Shown here in pieces: positions 51,702 to 62,777 of a stretch of 64,000 nt of DNA. The notes beneath the pieces were generated by a model, which had not been told where the DNA came from, ran no database searches, and saw only the letters and a program-made list of their open reading frames with translations. The stretch comes from Lama glama (taxonomy: Eukaryota), in assembly GCA_028534125.1 (NCBI GenBank), contig CM052817.1:78866001-78930000 (forward strand), in the 5' to 3' direction. Position numbers and translations under genes: made by a program. Position 1 is the first letter of the stretch, and the number at the start of each line of letters is the position of its first letter.

Positions 51702-53520
51702 GGAGTTGAGATAGTGGATAGATAGCAAAATTTTAAAAAAATTGTTCTCTATTAGGGAAGAACATAAGTGGAGCAGTAGCAATGAGAGTATCTGAGGTCA
51801 AGAGATGACTTTTTAATGACAGATAGTACAGCAAGTTTATAACTGAGTGGAAATATTTAGTGGAGAAAGAGAAACTTAAGTGAAGGAATTGTAAGTCCAG
51901 GAGAGAAGTCCATAATAAGATAAAGGGGTGGGGGGTTAAATTCCAAGCAGAAATGGAAGGATGAGCTGTGAAAGGAGGAGGAATAGTTATTTTCATTTTC
52001 AAAAGAGAAAAAACATAAATTAAGATTTGTGGAGATATTCAGATTTAGTGAACATTGGAGGTCCCATCTGAGTACTTCTATTTTCCTCAAAGAAATAGCA
52101 AGAAGAGTGAGCAACTAAGACAGACAGAGTAGAGCTTATTTATTCATATGAGAATAAAGGAGAAGGTATGGAATATTAATCTCAGAAAATACAAAGGCAA
52201 ACGAACTAGGGAAGTATAGTAAGACTGACCAGTGGTGTTAAATAGTCTCTTAGGTTTATCAAAAAGGACTTCTATGATTTTCTCAAAGAACTTCCAGCTG
52301 CTTAGGCACAGAGAAGGCAGAATACTCAGGTTTAGCTAGGATTGAATTTTTCCTAGGTAAGTATGATAGAGGAAGAAGAGAATTAAAAATTTGTATAAGA
52401 GGAATTTCATTGCTGGACCATAGAATTTTAACCTGTGTGAGGAAGGGAGTGAAGACATGATGTTTTCATTCATAAAAAGAGTAAGTTGAAAGGGCAATGG
52501 ATTGGAGGCCTTGATGAAGTTGAATACTAAGAGTCATGGTATTGTAGTGGAGTCCTAGGATAAGAGAAGAGGTAACAGTCAGAGAGGAGATACAGTTAAA
52601 GGTGATGATGAAGTCTGAGGTGGGACCATGAAATTTGTTGGCTAGAGGAGGTAACTGGAGGCAAGGAGGCCAAGGAACTCTAGAGGCCAGTGTTGGATGA
52701 GTCATCCAGAAAATGTTGGTTGGTATCCCATGATTAATGTTTGGTGTAGAGGTGGAGAAAAAGATAATGAGCCAAGTTTTATAAAGCCTTTGGTAGATAT
52801 GAGGGGTGGAAAGAAGGTAGACACATAACAGAAAATAGAAAAGAAAATTGGAAACATAGTCTTTAGAGTATACAAACTTTAAAGGAGATGAGTTTTTGAG
52901 AAAAAGAGGGATTAGTGGCATGGAAAGTTTATGGAAAATATCCCATCTCAGAGGAATATGGATTGGGTATATAGAAAAAATCTTTAGAGTGGGAGGGTAG
53001 AACTATGAGGGGGTATGAGGGGACTTTTGGGGGTGATGGATATGCTCATTATCTTATGTAATAGTTTCATGAATATACACATATATAAACTTAAAAATTA
53101 GATACTTTAAAAATGTACAATTTGTCATATATTAAATATACCTCGATAAAGATATGAAAACAACTACACTTACAAGGATCACAGGGGAAGTTGGGCCCTC
53201 GGGCAACAGCAAGGATTTGCTGGCAAACAGGAAATAAACAGTCAGAGAAATAGTTGAGAAAATAAGGAAGTTTGTATAGCACAGATTGTTTAAATTCCAC
53301 TGAACTTGATGGAAGGATTGGAGAGGGCACATGGAAAGGAGTGGCTCACATCAGAGGCTACGTAAGACAAAGTGAGACAAAAGCCAGGTAATGACATGTG
53401 ACCCGAAAGCCGTGGATATGTATAATAACCCTGATAAGAGGACTGTGAGACCAGACGAGGTTAGTCTTAACGGCCTCATAGAGAAATCACGATTACTAAA
53501 GGGTTTCAAATACTAAATCC
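51702..53520 (-). mobile_element. Long L2 ORF remnant (endonuclease region), interrupted by an L1 tip
   Basis: Purine-rich + strand; frameshifted L2 EN-like peptides (HPTLAS; HGPTSDFIITFNC). Confidence 0.7.
52990..53162 (+). mobile_element. L1MC/MD-like 3' tip
   Basis: ttttgggggtgatggatatgctcattatctt…tatacctcgataaag. Confidence 0.8.
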
Positions 53521-54129
53521 TATTCATTGCTTGTTTAAAAAGTTTGAACTCCTCAGCTCTTTTTGCCAAAAATCTCAGTTTAGGTGTAGACTTTTTCTTC
53601 ATGTTGTTGTTATTTTGAAGCATTGTGTGTGTCAGTGTGCATTTATGTGGGTGTGTGTTTCACATCTGAGGCAGTAATTCAATATTCTATGTATTGATTT
53701 TTTTGCTACATTTTGTACTTAAAAAGAAAAATACACAGTGACTTTGGAGTTTACAGACCATTAATTCCAGGTAGTTTTCAAAGTTATACTAAAGGAACAA
53801 TGAAGCAAAGAAACTTCAATCAATAATTATTCCCACTCTCTCTGATTATGACACTTGGTATCACTGATGGGTGAAGAGCAACAATAACTTATAGAAAGAT
53901 TCATACTGTATAGAAATGCTTAAGATATTATGTGCTTTAGTTTAATTGCTAGAGAAATCTAAGAGATCAATGTGTACCAAGAAGACATTTGAGGTTCTTT
54001 GACAGAACACCCCAAAATTTCCCACCTTTCTTTAATCCTCAATAAGGTAGAGTAGAAATAAAAAATGCAATTCCTTTTTCACCCATGACACAAAATACTA
54101 ACATATCTTAAACACCTGAACATGTCACC

Positions 54130-55040
54130 TGAAATCATGAAACCAGAGAAAACATGGTAAACTCCTAAACATTGGTGTTGATGATGATTTTTTGACATTG
54201 ACACCAAAAACAAAGGCAACAAAAGCAAAAAAAAAGTGAGACTACATCAAACTCAAAAGCTTCTGCACAGCAAAAGAATCTATCAACAAAATTAAGACAA
54301 TGTACTGAATGGGAGAACATATTTATCTGATAAAGGGTTAATATCCAAAGTATATATAGAACTGTTCAACAGAAAAAAATTTCAGCTAAGAAATGGACAG
54401 AGAAACTGAATGACAACAGGTGCATAAAAAATGTTCAACATCACTAACACAGAGATACACATTAAAATGACAGTGAGATATCAACTCAACCTATTAGAAT
54501 CGCTATTATCAAAAAGACAAGAAATAACAAGAGTTGGCAAGGATGTGAAGATAAGGGATACCTTGTTATTGTGGGATTGTAAGCTGGTGCAGCCACTATG
54601 GGAAACATTATGGAAGTTCCTCAAAATATTAAAAATAGAACTACCATATCATCCAGTAATTCCACTTTTGGGTGTTTACCCTAAGCAAACAAAATCACTA
54701 TATCCGAAAGCTATCTGCAACCCCCACATTTATTGCAGCATTATTTACAATAGCCAAGATAAGGAAGCAACCTACGTGCTCACTAATGGATGGATGGATG
54801 AAGAAAATGTACCATACATACAATGTAGTAGTATTCATCCATTTAAGACAGCATGGTGAACCTTGAGGGCATTGTGCTAAGTGAAATAAGTCAGACAGAG
54901 AAAGACAAATACCATATGATCTCACTTACACATGGAATTTTTTTCAAAAAAAAAATCTCAGTTGGTATTGGTAGTTGCCACAGGTAGGAAGTTGATGGGG
55001 TGGGGAGTGAGATGGTAGACTGCCAGTCATAAGATGAGTA
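54130..55040 (+). mobile_element. 5'-truncated L1 (ORF2 C-terminus and part of 3' UTR), L1MA9-era
   Basis: [47 protein letters not shown]. Confidence 0.9.
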
Positions 55041-55269
55041 AGACACAGACGAATGCCTTGTGATAATGTAGGCAGAGCCAAGGAACATCAAGGACTGCAG
55101 AAGCTAGAAGAAGCAAAGAAGGATCTTCCTACCCTAGAGCCTTCAAACAGAGCATGGCCCTGCTTGATTTCAGACCTCTGGCCTCCAGAACTGTGAAAGA
55201 ATACACTTCTGTTTGTAAAGTCACCCAGTTTGTGGTAATTTATTATGGCAGCCCTAGGAAACTGATACA
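55041..55269 (+). mobile_element. MLT1C-like LTR 3' half
   Basis: ggcctccagaactgtgaaagaatacacttctg…ggcagccctaggaaactgataca. Confidence 0.85.
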
Positions 55270-55689
55270 TGCCCTAACTCCTAGTGGGTGACCTTCTGTG
55301 AATCAAATCAGAGCCTAAGGTTTTTGTGAAGGTCTCCCTGTCTAGGCCTCTTCCTCCCCAGCACTACATGACCACTGAAATATTTGCCCAGGGCTTTAGC
55401 CTCCCAGTTACTGCTTTCTGCTTCAGTTTTCCTGGGGTCTTGCCCTTCACTTGCACAATTTAGGAGTTAGAGAATTCCTTGAGAGGAGATTGCCCAGATA
55501 TTTTGAAGGTCTCTTCCCTGTGGTTCTATCCTCTTTGGGATTTTGTTCCTGAAGTCCTAGGCACTTCAACAGCACCAAACTACATCTTCTTCCCTTCTCA
55601 TCCAGTGGGAACTGAAGATTTTTTCCTTAGGACTCTTTTCTCTCACACTGAATAATTTACATGCTCTCAGATATCTCAGGTAAAATCTT

Positions 55690-56260
55690 TAGAGTTCTGT
55701 GTAAAATTATAGATTCAAAATTATTTTTCCTCAGTACTTTGAAGGCATTAATCTATTATTGTATTGTTTCCTCAGTTGCTGATATGAAATTTTATACAAA
55801 AAAAATCTGCTGTTCTCTCCACCTCAGAAACATTCAAAATCTTGTTTTTCTTCATATTTTGTGATTTATGCAGGTATGCCTAGAAGTAGCACTGTTCTTA
55901 TTCATCCTGCTCAACCTTTGGTGAGCCTTTTCAGTAGGAAATTTTCAACTAATTTTTAATTTATATGAATTTTCTTCTATTATTTCTCTTACTAGTTCTT
56001 CTAAACAAATTTGTATAATTGGCTTTAAATATTTAAACTCATGGATTGACCATCTATATCTCTCCAGTTTTCTCATATTTTACACCTTTGAGTCTTTTGC
56101 TCCATATTACAGGAGACTTCTTTAAATTTTGTTCCAAACTCTACTATATCTACCTATGATATCTACATCTAATATATTTTACTTTTATTACTTATTTTTG
56201 TAATTTCTAAAAATACATTCTTATTCCCTTATTGATCTTTACTTATAGTAGGCTATTAGT
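55690..56260 (-). mobile_element. Very old L1/HAL1-like ORF1 remnant
   Basis: aaaattatttttcctcagtactttgaaggcatt…ttcatcctgctcaacctttggtgagccttttc. Confidence 0.55.
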
Positions 56261-56758
56261 TTATTTCTCAGATATCCCTGAAGCAAAATTCTGGAAGGAT
56301 AAATAAAACACAAGTAATGGTAATTGACTCTGGGGAGGGGAACTACTGTATAATTTGAATTTTCACCATGCATATATATTACTGAATTTTTAAAATTTAG
56401 CCAATAAATATATCTCTAAAAATACTACTTTACTTATTTTGTCCCTTGATTTTTCTCTTTTGGTACTGGCATTAGATATTTGATTGTTCATCTTGGTGTC
56501 TCTCTTTTGGACTGCTTAATTTTTCTCCAACATTTGATACTTACTGGTGGTCTATTCATAGGCATAAATGAGAACTATGCTAATTAGATAGGTAAGTAGT
56601 GTGGGTTTCTCTGCTATTGTTTGAACTTGTTTTCCCCCAAAGTACTATTCCTTGAATGGGAGTATGACTCTGCCTCTAAGCACATGGGTAGAAGATACTG
56701 ATTGAAAGTCTTCCCTTTATGATGGGTAGGCAAGAACTGAGAACATGAAGACACTTAC

Positions 56759-57267
56759 TGTGATAGATTATTTACCAAAATTACTTCAATAATTTCTCTT
56801 CCTGTAGCCACACCCTTTGTAACAAGACACTGCAATTTTCCTCACCAAGAGATAGCAATCTCCTCACCTCTTGAATCTGGGCAGAACTTGTAATTCGCTT
56901 TGACCAATAAAGTACAACAGATTTAGTGATGTGCCAGTTCCAATCTAGCCCTCAAAAAGCATTGCAAATTTTGCTCACTCTCTTAGAAGCCTACCCGCTA
57001 CCATGCGAACATCTGGGATAGCCTGACTGAGAATGAGAGACCAAAAGGAACCAAGATGAGCCATCCTAAGCTAGGATTCTTGTTCATTCACTCCTTAGTT
57101 GACCCAGCAACTGTCAATGTAAGAATAAGCCCGGCCAAGATCTGAAGAACCATCCAGCTGAGCCTATCTCAGATTGTCAACCCACATAATCATAAGCTAA
57201 ACAGTTTACCTCTTTAAGCCACAAAATTTTGGGATAGTGTGTTATGCAACTGTATCTGACTGATACA
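56759..57267 (+). mobile_element. MaLR solo LTR, MLT1F/G-like
   Basis: TG…CA termini; ctcttgaatctggg…gctttgaccaata…ccagctgagcc…taagccac…tgactgataca. Confidence 0.8.
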
Positions 57268-57518
57268 CTCTTCTCACCCACCCCTAAATGCCAAAATAAA
57301 AAGAATGTTATTATTTTGGGGTGCAAATATATATGCCAAGAGCTCTACAACTCATCAGAGCTTTCAATTTCTTTAGAAATTAGCTTCCCTCCCATGCTAC
57401 CAGTCACTTTGTACACTCCAGGAAAAAGCAGGGGTGGACTTTGTCAATTTACCACCCTATTTTTTTAGCTCCAGCCCCTCACTCACCCTTTCTTACTCTT
57501 GCTTCTTCTATCTACTGA

Positions 57519-57642
57519 CTCCAATTTAGTAACCTTTACTAGAACTCCATTGGGAAGACTGGTTCCTATATCCACTGCAGCCATGGCTCTGCAAAGTCTC
57601 AGAGGAAAGCCCCCTCCAATTTAGTAACCTTTACTAGAACTC
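57519..57642. repeat. Perfect 29-bp direct repeat, 95-bp period
   Basis: ctccaatttagtaacctttactagaactc at 57519-57547 and 57614-57642. Confidence 0.97.
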
Positions 57643-58039
57643 ATGTATAGAGAAGATGGTAAAAATATTTATGTACAGTTAAAGAATAATGATAAAAATT
57701 AAATCCTATTAATCTATTATCTGAGTGAAGAAATAGACAGTTCCTAATACCTAAGAAGCGTCCTGTGTGCTCCTTATGTTTATACTCCTCTGTCCCCAGA
57801 AAATAACCACTGACATGATTTTATCTTAATCATTATTATGTTTACTTATAGTTTTACTAGCAGTGTAAGAATCTCCAAGCAATGTGTTGTTTAGTTTTTT
57901 GTTTGTTTTTATAAGTAGAAAGCATAAACCCAGCTGTGTAAGGAAAGGGCAATATTGCCACCATCAGGTAAAAGCTCCTGGGAGATATATAACCTGAACA
58001 GTCTCTAGGTTATAATCAAATTTCAACTTCAGTGAAATT

Positions 58040-58230
58040 TTACATATTTGGATGTTATTAAGAGAATAGATCCTAAAAGTTCTTATCATAAGAAAAAAAA
58101 TCTGTAGAAATGGTGATGGATGTTATTTTATTTAAACCTATGGTCGTAATCATTTCACAATATATACAAACATCAAATTGTTATGTTGTACCCCTGAAAC
58201 TAATATAATGTATGTCAATTATACTTTATT
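58040..58230 (+). mobile_element. L1MA/MB-like 3' tip
   Basis: aagagaatagatcctaaaagttc…aatcatttcacaatatatac…ctgaaactaatataatg. Confidence 0.8.
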
Positions 58231-58659
58231 ATTTTTTTCATCTCTACTGAAAGTTTAAGAGAACTTTCTGAGGAATGCAATAATGGGCAAGATATGAGTG
58301 AGTCCTGGGAATCACCAGGTTTCTGTAGTTGGTTATTTGGTAGAACTATAATGTGAACTTGAGATTAGATAATTCATAATGTGAACAGACATGGCATAAG
58401 GATGGTCAAAAAGAATAAACTGCTCTACATTTCTCCTTCCAGGCTCACCATGCCTATGACCAGTGCCCAGGAGAAGTTCAGTTCAGAACACTTCTGTTGG
58501 GTGAAATGAATGTCAAACTAATCCAGGCAGTAAGATACGAGGAGAAAGTAGAAATGACATCAGCACTGGTCAGGACATGCCTAGTTCAGATTAAAAATGG
58601 GATCGTGATCATCTGACCTTTTGTCTTCAATTTAAAAACATAATATGATAGAAGTGGGG

Positions 58660-60345
58660 ATGTTAATGACAACAGCCTTCAATAAATTAATCTCCAGGTC
58701 AGACCTCTCTCACAAACTTCTGACTCATACTGTTCTTGACATTTCCACTTAGATTTCTTTTTTTTCTTTCTCTTTTCTTTTAATTGAAGTATAGTCAGTT
58801 TACAATATTGTGTCAATTTCTGGTGTATAGCATAATAGTTCAGTCAAATACACACACATATTTTCTTTTCCAGTATAGGTTACTACAAGATACTGAATAT
58901 AGTTCCCTGTGCTATACAGTATAAACTTGTTTTTTATCTATTTTATATGTAGTAGTTAGATCTGCAAATCTCAAACTCCCAATTTATCCTTTCCCATCCC
59001 TTACCCTTCTGGTAACTATAAGTTTGTTTCTATGTCTGAGTCTGTTTCTGTTTTGTGAATAAGTTCATTTGTCTTTTTTTTTTTCCAGATTCCACATACA
59101 AGTGATATCATATGGTATTTTTCATTCTCTTTCTGGCTTACTTAGAATAACAATCTCTAGGTCCATCCATGTTGCTGTAAATGGCATTATTTTATTATTT
59201 TTTAATGGCTGAGTAGTATTCCATTGTATAAATATACCACAGCTTCTTTATCTAGTCCTCTGTCAATGGACATTTAGGTTGTTTCCATGTCTTGGCGATT
59301 GCAAATAGTGCTCCTGTGAACACTGGAGTGTATGCATCTTCTCGAATTAAAGTTCCCTCTTCCACTTAGATTCCTAATGGATATATGAAACTCAAATGTC
59401 CAAGGTAAATTTCTAACCTCACTTCTCCATCCCCTAAAATCTTCTCCAAATGCAACCTTCTTCATTTCAGTTGATAGTAAACCCATCTTTCCAGGTGCTC
59501 CCACCAAAACTTTGAGCATATCCTTAATTCCTTTCTTTCATGTATCACATCCAACTCATCAGGAAATCCTCTTGAATGCTTCAAAAATACCAGAATTCAG
59601 CAATTCAAAAATATCAAAATTCAACTAATTTTACTACCTCCATTGCCACCATCCTGGTCCATGACATGGTCTTACCTGGATTATGACAACAGCTTCCCAA
59701 CTGGTCTTAGTTTTACCATTGGTCTCTATTGCTTATTTTTCAACTCTCTCTGTTGGAGCAAGGTGATCCAACAGATTACATGTTTATTCCTTTATTCACC
59801 AACTACATACTGAGCTGCTACTATATATCAGAGCCTCGATATTCACTGATGTATGCCAGGTGTCTAAAGCAGACATATTTATGTGCCTTTCATGGCCTCT
59901 ATGTTTTATTGTGGGAGAGAAGAAACCAGACATTAAACAGAAAGCAATTATATAATGTGTGGTCATTTTCAAGTTTAAGTCAGATAATGTAATTTTTCTG
60001 CCCAGAAGCTTTCAAAGGCTTCTCATTTTACATAGGGTAAAGGCCTTTACAGTGGCTCACAGAGTCTCCTCATTTGCTTCTCTGACATCCTCAAAATACT
60101 TATTTTATGCTAGACACAGTGGTATTTTTGCAGTTACTTGAATATACCAGGATTCTTAATGTAATTCCATCATAAGCACTGCTCTAGCTATTTCATCAGC
60201 CAATATTATTTACCCCAAATAACTATTTGGCCAAATCCTCAGCTCCTTCATACCATTACTCAAATTTTGCCTCCTTAAGGATGCCAGCCTAGACTACCCT
60301 ACTTAATATTAAACTATACACTACCTTCTACCACTGACATTTTAT
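58660..60345 (+). mobile_element. L2 3' region, interrupted by a young L1 (58759-59359) and an antisense L2 tail (about 59780-59960)
   Basis: cttgacatttccactt…aaactcaaatgtcc…acctggattatgacaacagcttcccaactggtct…aagtcagataatgt colinear across the inserts. Confidence 0.75.
58759..59359 (-). mobile_element. 5'-truncated young camelid-type L1 3' end
   Basis: 16-bp TSD ttccacttagatt(t/c)ct at 58743-58758 and 59360-59375; TT/AGAA-type endonuclease site. Confidence 0.95.
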
Positions 60346-60349
60346 CCCT

Positions 60350-61790
60350 TTACACAGCCTTGCCATCCCAAAGCAACTGAATATGCATTCTTTTCACGTA
60401 CACATGGAATGTTCTCCAAGACAGGTCACATGCTAGGTCACAGAACAAGTTTCAGTAAATATAAGAATGAAATAATATCAAACATTTTTTCCAAACACAA
60501 CACTATGAAACTAGAGATCAAGTACAAGAAAATCTACCAAAAAACATAGACACATGGAGATGGAGTAAAAAGTATGGTACTAAACAACCAATGGGTCACT
60601 AAGGAAATCAGAGAGGAAATCAAGAAATACTGTAGACAAATGAAAACAAAACACAACAATCCAAAATTTATGGGACACAGCTTCTCCACAGCAAAGGAAA
60701 TCATAAGCAAAATAAAGAGACAACCTATGAAATGGGAGAAAATATTTGCAAAAGATGAGACTGACAAGGGCTTAATTTCCAGAATATATAAACAGCTCAT
60801 ACAACTTAAGAAAAAATCAAGCAAACCAATCCAAAAATGGGCAGAAGACCTAAACAAGCAATTCTCGAATGAAGAAACACAAATGGCCAACAGGCACATG
60901 AAAAAATGCTCAATATCGCTAATTATCAGAGAAATGAAAATCAAAACTACAGTGAGGTATCACCTCACACTAGTAAGAATGGCCATCATTCAAAAGTCCA
61001 CAAATGACAAATGCTGGAGCGGCTGTGGAGAAAAGGGAACCCTCCTACACTATTGGTGGGAATATAGTATGGTGCAACCATTATGGAAAACAGTATGGAG
61101 ATTCCTCAAAAGAATGAAAATAGACTTACCATATGATCCAGCAATCCCTCTCCTGAGCATATATCCAGAGGGAACCTTAATTCAGAAAAACACCTGCACC
61201 CCAATGTTCATAGCAGCACTATTTACAATAGCCAAGACTTGGAAACAACCTAAATGTCTATCAACAGATGACTGGATATAGAAGCTGTGGTATGTTTACA
61301 TGATGGAATACTACTCAGCCATAAAAAATAATAAAATAATGTCATTTGCAGCAACATAGATGGACCTGGAGAATGTCATTCTAAGTGAAGTAAGCCAGAA
61401 AGAAAGACAAATACCATATGATATCACTTATATTTGGAATCTAAAAAAAAAAAAAGACAAATGAACTTATTTACAAAACAGAAACAGACTCACACACGTA
61501 GAAAACAAACTTATGGTTATCAGGGGGAAAGGGAGTGGGAAGGGATAAACTGGGGGTTCGAGATTTGCAGATACTTATATACATAGAAAATAGATAAATA
61601 AGTTTATGCTGTATAGCACAGGGAACTACATTCAATATCTTGTAGTAGCTTATGGTAAAAAAAAGAATACGAAAATGAATATATGTATGTTCATGTATGG
61701 CTGGGGCATTGTGCTATACACCAGAAATTGACACAACACTGTAAACTGACTATACCTCAATAAAAAAAATAAAAATAAAATTTTAAAAAA
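60350..61790 (+). mobile_element. Composite L1: EN/linker fragment fused to young ORF2 C-terminus, 3' UTR and poly-A
   Basis: ORF 60574-61281 reads [17 protein letters not shown] directly into [17 protein letters not shown]-rich tail 61759-61790. Confidence 0.92.
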
Positions 61791-62534
61791 GAGTCATTGA
61801 GCATAAAAATGATAGTATATAAAATATTCAGCACAGTGGCACATAGACCAGCTAGTATAATTTAGGTAATACATTACTAGTTCAATAAGGAACAGGAACA
61901 GTGTGTCCTTTTTAAACATGAAGATAAGGCATTTAAAAAGTAAAAAAAAAAAAAATTTTAAATAAAATAAATTTTAAGTAATACCTAAGCACAATGTTCT
62001 ATTTTTCACTGAAATTTCCCCAACTGTATGGTAAAGGGATTATCTTATCTAAAACATTTGGCAATGATATAGAGATGTTTGGGAGGAGTATTTGGCATCT
62101 TACAGAAGATATTGATATATATGATATTTATACCTATTAACTGAATTTATTTCACCCAGAGTAAATAGTTACTGTAACCGATGCTCCCTAGGACAATCTA
62201 TCAGACTGTAAAGAAGCATTTTTTTCTCACTAATCATGACCGAAGTAGATGAAAAGTACTTACGTAGTGTCTGGTTTATAGCAAGCTCTGTCTAAGAGAT
62301 TTACAAAAAATGATTTTAGTTCACACTGACATCATTCCTTTGTAATAGAGAAGGGAGGACTTCAAACAATCCTATGTAAATCACAAGGTTCAGAGAGGCT
62401 AAATGAATATGTTTGAAAAATAATGGACAGAACCAGATCTCCACCTTTATTCCATTTATTAGACTGTTCTGTCTCCACTGAGTGCATAAAAAATGATTTC
62501 AATTTTAGAGTGCAAAGATGCAATTGTAACCTAA

Positions 62535-62765
62535 CACTAATTAATTCACTAGATAAGTAGTTTTTGAAGTCTCACTATGAATCAAGCAAAGCTTAAGAAG
62601 CTTGAGACATAAGGGTCAACAACTTAGGTCCCTGCTCTTGTAGAGCTTAACATTTTTTAGTGAAGAACAGAAATATCCAAGTATATTCATGCATTCAACA
62701 GATTAATTTCAGCATTGAAAAGAGCTATGAAGAAACTAAAACATGGTGCTGTAAAAGAGAATGGC
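62535..62765 (-). mobile_element. L2 3' end
   Basis: ttaattcactag…tctcactatgaatcaagc…ggtccctgctcttgtagagcttaacatt. Confidence 0.7.
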
Positions 62766-62777
62766 TGGCAAAGAACC

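Noticed and set aside
52466..52921. 151-aa minus-strand ORF
   Set aside because: Frameshifted L2 endonuclease remnant
57519..57642. CRISPR array
   Set aside because: Only two repeat units, mammalian context, no cas genes
60574..61281. 235-aa ORF as a novel gene
   Set aside because: Entirely L1 ORF2 sequence fused across a deletion
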